Virus record (IMG/VR): IMGVR_UViG_3300022752_004319 | Span: 32,001-96,000 of that record | Length of the DNA stretch: 64,000 nt | Source: a virus | Strand: one strand, 5' to 3' | Part shown: piece after piece, positions 39,294 to 47,475 of the stretch | How the letters are laid out: each line of letters starts with the position of its first letter | Position numbering within the stretch: position 1 is the stretch's first letter | Position numbers and translations under genes: made by a program | The notes under the pieces: generated by a model | The model's database searches: none | Told to the model about the DNA's origin: nothing | Seen by the model: the letters and a program-made list of their open reading frames with translations, nothing else

Positions 39294-42152
39294 TCAATTT
39301 CTCTTTTGGTTGATAGATTGAAGTATATTTTCAAGTGCATCTCCTTCAAACAACATTGTATCACCCATAACAGTATTAATAATTCTTTTTTTCTTATCTA
39401 GAATGTCATAGATAATTCCTTCGATTGTATTTTCGAATAGAGGGTAATAAACTACTACTGTATTTTTTTGTCCATATCGGTATGCTCTATCTTCTGCTTG
39501 AGAGTGGTCTGATGGTAGAAACGACAAATCGTTCATAATAACAGTTTCGGCGGCAGTTAAAGTTAAACCAACACCCGCGGCTTTGATATTACCAACAAAG
39601 ACTTTAACTTTATCATCGGTTTGGAATTTATCCACAGCATCTTGTCTTTCTCCTTTTGGTGTTGATCCATCAAGTTTTACCGCGACTTTTTTGAAGTGAT
39701 TATAAATTGCGTTAAGAGAATCAGTAAAGTTACAAAAGATGATAACTTTTTTATCTTGATCTAAAATATTTTCACACAGTTCTATTGTTTGTGCAACTTT
39801 TTCATTTGCAATAATTTGTCTGACTTTTGCGATTTTGGAAAATTGCATAGTTAAAGAATTTGACTCACCTCCCTTATCATACCATTCGTAATATTCCCCC
39901 ATAACTTCTTCGTATTCCCGAGATTTCAATCGCATATAAATTGGAGAAATTATTTTTTCAGGTAAGTCTAGTACGTCGTTTTTTAGTCTTCGTAACACAA
40001 AAGGTTTTGTTCTTTCATAAAGTTCTTCCAAATTTGACGCACCACTTACATTCCATATTTTTCTATTACCAGCACGGAACTGATACCCATTACAATAACG
40101 CTTGACATAAGCCATCCAATTCTGAGCAACATTGCAGTCAACTAAATTGAGTAGATTGAAATAATTTATTGGTCGAGATGTCACGGGAGTTCCGGTTAAC
40201 AACCAAGTTCTTTGTGACATTTTACTAATGTCATTTACAAGTTTGGTTCTCTGTGCTTGAACATTACAAATCGCGTGGGCTTCATCAACTATTACCAAAT
40301 CAAATTTTGCGTCACGTATTATTGATTCCGAATCTTTTTCTAATGTGTGGAAATTTTTCAAAATATCGTAGTTGATAATAACGTAATCAGCATCTTCCCA
40401 TTTTTTACCTTCGACAATAGATATGGATTTATCAGAATAATTTTCAATTTCTCTTTTCCAATTTATTTTGAGTGATGCAGGACAAATAACGAGGGTTTTT
40501 TTGGATTGTGCTTCAAGTGACGCAACAACAGCGGTGGTTGTATTGTGTGTAACAATACAATGTTGAGCTACGTATAATTTATCTGGAGCATCTACTGAAA
40601 TACAGGTACAATAATCCTCACCTTGTTTTTCAATTTTACTAATGTATCTACCTGTTCGATATTTTTGCGGCTCGTTGTATCTTTCTGATTTCCTTTTTAA
40701 TCTAAATGGATTCATACCTTTAGGTAGTTTTATGTTCAATCGGTAGGATGGTCTACATTCAATTCTTTCCCCGTTTTTTTTATAAAAACTTTTTCTCTTT
40801 CTTTTACGCACAATTCCGCCCAAAGTATGAACAATTTCACACAAATCATCACAAAGTTTCTCAGATACTGTTGAAAATTCTGTACCACCAAAATTTCCAT
40901 TTTTAGATAACATACAATAACCATCAGTGTCCATCAATCCTTGGAGTATTGCAAGACGATTATTTATAGAGGTATATTTGTATATGTCAGGTATAAATTT
41001 AGTATGTGACCGAGTATGAGATAGTGATAGATTTTTTAATGGTTCACCGATAGAAATGGAACAGGTTCGTTTATTATCGTATTGTTTATTTTCTTTAATC
41101 TTAAAATTACCAAATAATTCATCGAAATCATCTCGATGAGTTTCGAACTTACATGAAATACTTTGGATATGACCGTCTCCTAAAATTAGACCTAATAGAT
41201 AGGGGTCTATTGGTAGTTCATCGTTATTTTCAAACTCAATTGGTTCTACTATGGGTATTTGCCATTTGTTAGCCCCGTTAGACCCTCGATAGTGAGTGTT
41301 TATTGAGTATGTTCTAAAATTATTGTATCCACGACCTTGATCTTGTATAATATGATTTTCATACATTTGTTTTGTGGATAATGTAAGAGTTTTCTTCAAC
41401 CTATTGTTATTGGAGTTTTTACCATGATTAGAAGAAGACACTGACCAAAGATGTGACTCATCGGTAAAGATAAAAAATCCATCGTTGAATGTGACTTTAT
41501 ATGTTTCTCGTATACCCTGAGGAAAAACACCAATCACATTAACTGGTTTTCCGTTTGAGCCAATGACTTTGTCACCAATCATAATATCACCCATTTTTTT
41601 GGTTCCATTTGGTGTGTATATCAAAGTTTGGTTTGACAACGCTTTACCGAGTCCCAAATCATCCGCTAAAATATACTTTTTGTTTTCACACAGAGTTTTT
41701 ACACCTTCTTTTTGATGTTCGAGTAATGGTCGATGGGAGTATTTCTCAAAATCAATTTCTACGTTTTTGATTTTATTATCTTTGATTACCGCAGCTTTTG
41801 GTATCCAAATATCATGTAAACCTTGATTTTCAAAATAATATCCCCACACGTGATAAGCGGTTTCTTTTTCAACTAAAAGTTTTTCTATCCAAATTTGCGT
41901 CGGTACTTCTATAAACATTTTTTCATTTGCAATTTTACTCGCAAAATATGTGTCTAATTGTACCCATTTTTTTGCAACCTTTGGTTCTCTTTTGTGATAT
42001 TTAATCACATATTCGGTTTGAGTTGCGTTAGGAAAAAATTTAGGATTTGAATCCCTTTTGTGTTTTAATTTGAGAATAAAGTTATTCGCACCTTCATAAC
42101 GATCTATAATATCTAAGGCTTGATTTTCTCTTGCGTTTAATTGACTATCCAA
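39294..42152 (-). CDS. SNF2-family helicase containing an intein
   Basis: LADDLGLGK|T (Walker A split by the intein), DEAH, LTGTP, LRRLK, GVGLTL and QAEDRAYRYGQ. Confidence 0.9.
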   Translation of the reverse strand: MDSQLNARENQALDIIDRYEGANNFILKLKHKRDSNPKFFPNATQTEYVIKYHKREPKVAKKWVQLDTYFASKIANEKMFIEVPTQIWIEKLLVEKETAYHVWGYYFENQGLHDIWIPKAAVIKDNKIKNVEIDFEKYSHRPLLEHQKEGVKTLCENKKYILADDLGLGKALSNQTLIYTPNGTKKMGDIMIGDKVIGSNGKPVNVIGVFPQGIRETYKVTFNDGFFIFTDESHLWSVSSSNHGKNSNNNRLKKTLTLSTKQMYENHIIQDQGRGYNNFRTYSINTHYRGSNGANKWQIPIVEPIEFENNDELPIDPYLLGLILGDGHIQSISCKFETHRDDFDELFGNFKIKENKQYDNKRTCSISIGEPLKNLSLSHTRSHTKFIPDIYKYTSINNRLAILQGLMDTDGYCMLSKNGNFGGTEFSTVSEKLCDDLCEIVHTLGGIVRKRKRKSFYKKNGERIECRPSYRLNIKLPKGMNPFRLKRKSERYNEPQKYRTGRYISKIEKQGEDYCTCISVDAPDKLYVAQHCIVTHNTTTAVVASLEAQSKKTLVICPASLKINWKREIENYSDKSISIVEGKKWEDADYVIINYDILKNFHTLEKDSESIIRDAKFDLVIVDEAHAICNVQAQRTKLVNDISKMSQRTWLLTGTPVTSRPINYFNLLNLVDCNVAQNWMAYVKRYCNGYQFRAGNRKIWNVSGASNLEELYERTKPFVLRRLKNDVLDLPEKIISPIYMRLKSREYEEVMGEYYEWYDKGGESNSLTMQFSKIAKVRQIIANEKVAQTIELCENILDQDKKVIIFCNFTDSLNAIYNHFKKVAVKLDGSTPKGERQDAVDKFQTDDKVKVFVGNIKAAGVGLTLTAAETVIMNDLSFLPSDHSQAEDRAYRYGQKNTVVVYYPLFENTIEGIIYDILDKKKRIINTVMGDTMLFEGDALENILQSINQKRN
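40542..41642 (-). mobile_element. Class 3 (Ala1, WCT) intein with a LAGLIDADG homing endonuclease, 367 aa
   Basis: Begins ALSNQTLIYTPNG; block B TDESHLW; block F CTCISV; ends IVTHN/T; LAGLIDADG motifs LLGLILGDG and LQGLMDTDG. Confidence 0.9.
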
Positions 42153-42201
42153 AACAAAAATAAATTAAATATAATAATATTATGAATATTTATCAAGAAG
42201 T

Positions 42202-42717
42202 ATGGCACAAAATCAAGTTCCAATCACAAGATTAGGTAAATTTTTCGGTCAAGAAGATTTCGATTTGGATGTTAGTATGGGTCGTGAATGGCTCGATGGT
42301 GATATGAATTTTACCATTGTTGTCTATCGCGTAAACAAACAAAAAACAAATCAAGACGATGTTTATGGTGAGGCGGTACCTCAATCCATAGAGTTTTTAC
42401 CACCAATATCAGTAAACGCTTATTTGCAAATTATGCAACCAGATATGGCTTTCTTGGGTAATTCTAAGGTTATACAAAACGAACCAGGTAATATCAAATT
42501 CGCTATTTACCAAAAAGATTTGGACGACCTACAAGTTTCCATTAGTTTGGGTGATTACATCGGTTATTGGATTACCGAAAATCAAGTAAGATATTATTCA
42601 GTTGTTGATAAGGGGATACCCAATTATGACAACAAACATACTTATGCAGGATATAAACCTTTCTATGTCAGTTACATTGCAACACCAGTAACTGCTAACG
42701 AATTTATGGGGATTTAA
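42202..42717 (+). CDS. Putative neck / head-closure protein (gp14-like)
   Basis: VVYRV...DDVYGEA...F..P pattern and GDYI; lies upstream of the tail terminator and sheath genes. Confidence 0.5.
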   Translation: MAQNQVPITRLGKFFGQEDFDLDVSMGREWLDGDMNFTIVVYRVNKQKTNQDDVYGEAVPQSIEFLPPISVNAYLQIMQPDMAFLGNSKVIQNEPGNIKFAIYQKDLDDLQVSISLGDYIGYWITENQVRYYSVVDKGIPNYDNKHTYAGYKPFYVSYIATPVTANEFMGI

Positions 42718-42725
42718 GATACACG

Positions 42726-44630
42726 ATGAAAACTAAAATAATAAAAGATCTAATTAAAAAATTGTTATCCGAAAATTCAGATACAAACATTATTGGTATT
42801 TCATTCGGAAATAAAATTGTAGATGGAAAGTTTACTTCAGAGTTGGGTATTACATTTTATGTCAATGAAAAAATAAAGTATGAAGATGTAAATCCTGACT
42901 TTTTAATTCCTGAAAAAATTGAATATATGGGGTATGAATTTTCAACGGATGTGTCTACTGTGACAACTCAATTGCTATCAACGTGTCCATCTGATTTTTA
43001 CTCTTGGGAGACAACACCACCCCCAAATAGAGACCTTATTCCTATTTTATCAGGTGGTACTTCAATAATAAATGGTACTTTGGGTGGATTAGTAATTGAT
43101 GATACTAGTTATTCTTTAGCAGGGTTAACAAACGGACATGTTGTTGGATGGCAATTATTAAATTCTGATGTCAATCCATATTTTCCAGTTCAAGGTTTAT
43201 ACCAAAGTACAATATATCAGGGTGAAGTTGAAGATAATCAAGTTTTAGGAATTGTAAAGAATTATTATCCTGCCGAAAATGATCCAGCCAACACATTGAT
43301 TGATGCAGCACTTGTAACAATACCAAGAGAATTGGTAGATTTTGAATCTTCTTATCGTCAGATTGGTCTTACAGGATGGACACAACCTATGGATTTTGCA
43401 ACCACGGAAGAAATCGATGATTTGATTTTTACAAAAGCAAATTTGTATAGCTCGGGAAGAACGACTGGTGCAAAAGGTGAAGGTGAAATGAAGTTAGTGT
43501 GTATGGCAACTAACTATTTTGCTCCTGGTGCTGGTAAAACAATTGATGATTTAATAGTGTATGTTGCTAGTGCTACTACAACACCAATTGGTACTGTATG
43601 CCCATTTCCTGTTTGGTTGGGTGATAGTGGTTCTATAGTATCCGCTGACATTAATGGAACTCGTAAAATAATTGGATTAATCGCAGTGTTTGTTACTTTC
43701 AATAACTTAGACGCTTGTGGTGTTTGTAGAATTGACAATATTCGAAATCTTCTCAAGATTTCACCTTGGACTGGACAAACTGATGTTAATTTTTCAAATT
43801 CAGCTATTACTGAAACTATTTTAACAACTAATAACTATTCTGATCCATATGTTGTCTCAGATTCTAAAACTTTTTGGCAGAGGGGAATTCTACAACCGAC
43901 CGTAACCCCAACAATAACCCCTACACCGACCACTTCCCAATTTTCTACCCCGCAACCAACACCGACACCTTCTTTTACACAAACACCAACAAGAACCTCA
44001 GACCCGAATTGTTTTCCACAAATAAATGCAACTTGTTACACTTGGTCATTACAACTATTACCATTGAATTTCTCTTATTTTTTCTTACCTACAATTGTTG
44101 CATGGGCTAAATATACTGATTGTTATGGAACACCTATTATTAAATTAGTAGAAATTGCCAATAATCAAATTTCATACATATGTTCAAAAGAACGACCTGT
44201 GATCGTTCAAAGTAGAAACGAAGCCAATAACATTTCGAGTGTATCCTTTATTAGTCAATACATAAATATTACCCAACTCTCACCATGTGGTTCATACTGT
44301 GTTAATGTTACTCCAACACCTACATCTACACCTGTAAATTATTTGATTTACGGTTCTTTTAGTCCTATTGTCGGATCTACCACGGCACTTGCCGCTTGTA
44401 ATGCTTTAACCAATGAAACCGCGGTAGTTTATGGATACATTACCAAACCTTTGAGTCAATTGGGTGCTGGAGATGTAATATATGATATAAACACAAATTT
44501 ACCGAAAGAAACTTTCGGAAATAGATATCGTGCTTTTTCAGAATCACCACTACCATTAATAAAATATGTAGCATATTGGCAGGTGAGTGGATCATTAATT
44601 ACTAGTGTTGTTAATTGTAATGAACTTTAA
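42726..44630 (+). CDS. Trypsin-like (S1, Nal1-like) serine protease with a Thr-Pro stalk and Cys modules
   Basis: GTLG, LTNGHV (His), IDAA (Asp), SGRTTG and GDSGS (Ser). Confidence 0.8.
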   Translation: MKTKIIKDLIKKLLSENSDTNIIGISFGNKIVDGKFTSELGITFYVNEKIKYEDVNPDFLIPEKIEYMGYEFSTDVSTVTTQLLSTCPSDFYSWETTPPPNRDLIPILSGGTSIINGTLGGLVIDDTSYSLAGLTNGHVVGWQLLNSDVNPYFPVQGLYQSTIYQGEVEDNQVLGIVKNYYPAENDPANTLIDAALVTIPRELVDFESSYRQIGLTGWTQPMDFATTEEIDDLIFTKANLYSSGRTTGAKGEGEMKLVCMATNYFAPGAGKTIDDLIVYVASATTTPIGTVCPFPVWLGDSGSIVSADINGTRKIIGLIAVFVTFNNLDACGVCRIDNIRNLLKISPWTGQTDVNFSNSAITETILTTNNYSDPYVVSDSKTFWQRGILQPTVTPTITPTPTTSQFSTPQPTPTPSFTQTPTRTSDPNCFPQINATCYTWSLQLLPLNFSYFFLPTIVAWAKYTDCYGTPIIKLVEIANNQISYICSKERPVIVQSRNEANNISSVSFISQYINITQLSPCGSYCVNVTPTPTSTPVNYLIYGSFSPIVGSTTALAACNALTNETAVVYGYITKPLSQLGAGDVIYDINTNLPKETFGNRYRAFSESPLPLIKYVAYWQVSGSLITSVVNCNEL

Positions 44631-44677
44631 CACAGACGAAAAACAAATCAATTTTTGATCACTAATATTTATTTTAA

Positions 44678-47197
44678 ATGGCTCTACCTAAAAAAGTAAT
44701 ACCAAATATTAATTTAGTTCCTCCAAAAATATTATTGGAGCGAAGAGAACAATTGTTGGAGGATATCACAAACGATGGTACATACCTTCCAAAGAATTTA
44801 GATTATGCTGATCTAGATAGGGGGTTTTTGGATTTTGTAAAAAACGAATTAAAAACAATTGTAGATGGTAAAATAATACCTACTGTTGACATTCTTATCA
44901 CCACACAAAATTGGGCTCAATTTACACAGACGTGGTCTTTTCAAGATTTGAATGGTAACACAGAACCACCCTTTATTACTGTTGTTAGAGTTCCTGAAGT
45001 TAAATATGGTACAAATCCAGCGACACTTTATAATATCCCAAATCAAAAAGAATTCTTTTATGCAGCAGTTCCAACTTGGAATGGTAATATAAAGGGATTA
45101 GACATTTATAAAATTCCCCAACCTGTACCCGTTGATATTTCTTTCAACGTTAAAATAATTTGTAATCGTATGAGAGAACTCAACGAGTTTAATAAAAATG
45201 TAATTCAAACTTTTGCCTCTCGGCAAGCTTACACAAAAGTTAATGGTCATTTTATTCCGATTATAAATTCAAATATTTCTGATGAATCTGTAACTCAAAT
45301 CGACAAACGTAGATTTTACATTCAGAATTATGACTTCACTATGTTGGGATTTATTTTAGATCAAGACAAATTCGAGGTGGCTCCTGCGGTATCAAGAGTA
45401 TTGAATGTTTTCGAAACAAATTTCAAACCAATCAATCGAAAAAGAAAAGTATTCCCTGTAAATGAAGGTGTATTTGATTTAACAGTTCAAGCGGTTAGGA
45501 ATTCTCCTGTAGTTCGTACAATAAATGTTGATTATACAGGAACCTTTACCATATTGTCAACTCAGAATGTTAGTTCATATGATCTATTTGTAAGTTTAAG
45601 TAATAGTTCTGAATTTGATTTTTATGGGACTAATGTAATCAATTTTGAGGTAAATACGGGTGATCGATTGAGATTTGAGATTACCCAACAAAATAATGAT
45701 CCAACCTCAATTATTACTTATGCGGTTTCTTTGATCGGGTCACCTCAAAATTTAACTTTTGATCTTCCAACCCCATCCGTTACACCGAGTAATACTGTTA
45801 CCCCCACAAACACACCAACAAATACTCCAACACCCTCTGTAACACCATCTCAAACATTAACACCAACAAGTTCCATAACTCCTACACCAACCCCCTCGTT
45901 AACATCATCTCCAACATCTACGCAGACAACTACTCCTACTCCTTCTTCTACCTCTACTTCAGGTTGTGAAACTTATACTTATACGTGTTACAATTATCAA
46001 ATTACCAACACATCAAGTTCTGAACAACCTTTATTATTAATATATTCAGCGTGTACATCACAACCAACCGTATTGTCAATATCTTTAACTTCAGGACAAA
46101 CAACTACGATATGTGCCGTGGCATATACGATAGTTGTTGCCGATAGTTATTCTATAGTTTCTTTGGGTACCTGTGGTTCTTTTTGTATTACTTTCACAAA
46201 CATTCTTGTTCATATACCTAACCTGACACCCTCATTGACACCATCTCCAACACTAACACCGACAAGCTCCATAACACCAAGTATTACTCCAACTAAAACA
46301 CCAACACCAACACTAACACCGACAAGCTCCATAACACCAAGTATTACTCCAACTAAAACACCAACACCAACAAGTTCCATAACACCAAGTATTACTCCAA
46401 CAAATACAACATCAGTTACACCAACTAGTTCCATAACTCCTACACCAACACCAACAAACACTCTTCCCCTAGTAACCGACTATGATGGTAATACTTATGA
46501 ACAAATTATAATTGGTAACCGTGTGTGGTTGGGGGGTAATATGAAAACTACTCATTACAACAATGGGGATATAATACCATATAGAGGTTATTTATCTGGT
46601 AACACCGAACCGTTTTGTTCGTTTAGTGGCGAGGGTGCGTGGATGTATACTAAATTGAGTGACAATTTTCCTGAAGACCCTAATTACAATCAGACCGCTG
46701 GTAAACTTTATAATTATTATACAATTACCGATGTACGTGGTATTTGTCCCGTAGGATTCAGACCAGCAGACACTGGCGATTGGTATAATTTAAGTATATC
46801 TTTGGGCGGAGGTATAAGTGGTGGTCAGTCTCCTTCAAACTTTTATCCCATCAATGGGGGGTTGAATGGGGCTCTAGCTCCTTATACAGGTTTTTCACAA
46901 CAAATTAAATCTACTCTAAACCCACCTTATGGTTGGACAATATTAGCTTCTGAACCTATTCCTACAAATTCTTCGAATTTCTCAGCTTATCCTAGTGGAG
47001 GTATTTATGCGGGGATTGAGGATACTTGTAATCCGTTTTTTAATGGTAATAACGAGTGTTGGTGGTGGACCAATAGTTCCAATTTTTACTTACCAGATAC
47101 GATTAACTATGTTTACCTTGGAGGCACCGTCCTTGGAGGGGATTCGGCTCAACCAAATTCGGCACTTTGTATCCGTTGTGTTAGAGATCTTGTCTAA
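44678..47197 (+). CDS. Tail terminator / sheath stabiliser (gp15-like) fused via Thr-Pro stalks to a C-terminal FISUMP (Fib_succ_major) domain
   Basis: N-terminal P.ITV.R and PQPVPVDISF.V; C-terminal VTDYDGNTY...IGNRVW...N...GKLYN...ICPVG...W...CIRCVRD. Confidence 0.7.
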   Translation: MALPKKVIPNINLVPPKILLERREQLLEDITNDGTYLPKNLDYADLDRGFLDFVKNELKTIVDGKIIPTVDILITTQNWAQFTQTWSFQDLNGNTEPPFITVVRVPEVKYGTNPATLYNIPNQKEFFYAAVPTWNGNIKGLDIYKIPQPVPVDISFNVKIICNRMRELNEFNKNVIQTFASRQAYTKVNGHFIPIINSNISDESVTQIDKRRFYIQNYDFTMLGFILDQDKFEVAPAVSRVLNVFETNFKPINRKRKVFPVNEGVFDLTVQAVRNSPVVRTINVDYTGTFTILSTQNVSSYDLFVSLSNSSEFDFYGTNVINFEVNTGDRLRFEITQQNNDPTSIITYAVSLIGSPQNLTFDLPTPSVTPSNTVTPTNTPTNTPTPSVTPSQTLTPTSSITPTPTPSLTSSPTSTQTTTPTPSSTSTSGCETYTYTCYNYQITNTSSSEQPLLLIYSACTSQPTVLSISLTSGQTTTICAVAYTIVVADSYSIVSLGTCGSFCITFTNILVHIPNLTPSLTPSPTLTPTSSITPSITPTKTPTPTLTPTSSITPSITPTKTPTPTSSITPSITPTNTTSVTPTSSITPTPTPTNTLPLVTDYDGNTYEQIIIGNRVWLGGNMKTTHYNNGDIIPYRGYLSGNTEPFCSFSGEGAWMYTKLSDNFPEDPNYNQTAGKLYNYYTITDVRGICPVGFRPADTGDWYNLSISLGGGISGGQSPSNFYPINGGLNGALAPYTGFSQQIKSTLNPPYGWTILASEPIPTNSSNFSAYPSGGIYAGIEDTCNPFFNGNNECWWWTNSSNFYLPDTINYVYLGGTVLGGDSAQPNSALCIRCVRDLV
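46247..46401 (+). repeat. 60-bp coding tandem repeat (PTLTPTSSITPSITPTKTPT), two full copies plus a partial one
   Basis: The 60-bp period is visible directly in consecutive sequence lines 46261 and 46321. Confidence 0.9.
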
Positions 47198-47203
47198 GAG
47201 TCT

Positions 47204-47359
47204 TTAATCTTCCCCGTAGATATCTCTTTTCTTAGAACAGTTTTGTTCAATAAGTTTTTCCAAAAACTTATAAATTTTTATTCCATTTTCATCACAATAT
47301 TTTTTTAGTTTGGTATGTGAATCTATTGAAATTTTAATGTTTTTGGTAGTTTTTTTCAT
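47204..47359 (-). CDS. Small ribbon-helix-helix-like DNA-binding protein (51 aa)
   Basis: Manual translation MKKTTKNIKISIDSHTKLKKYCDENGIKIYKFLEKLIEQNCSKKRDIYGED: an alternating beta strand (NIKIS) plus helix-G-helix. Below the ORF-track size cutoff. Confidence 0.7.
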   Translation of the reverse strand: MKKTTKNIKISIDSHTKLKKYCDENGIKIYKFLEKLIEQNCSKKRDIYGED

Positions 47360-47475
47360 AAAAGATAAAAAAAGATAATTTTTACTTACTAATATAAATA
47401 AGTTTTTTAAAAAAAAAATACTTTATCAATTGAGATAATATTTATATCAATAAAACCTAAAAAAAATTACATAGT

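Noticed and set aside
26065-46461. Antisense V/G-rich ORFs (26065-26478, 30603-31277, 37227-37442, 46210-46461)
   Set aside because: Shadow frames of the ACA/CCA-rich Thr-Pro codons, which lack stops on the opposite strand
46472-47197. FISUMP domain as a diversity-generating retroelement target
   Set aside because: No reverse transcriptase and no second copy differing at adenines (template repeat) was seen in this window; one elsewhere in the genome cannot be excluded
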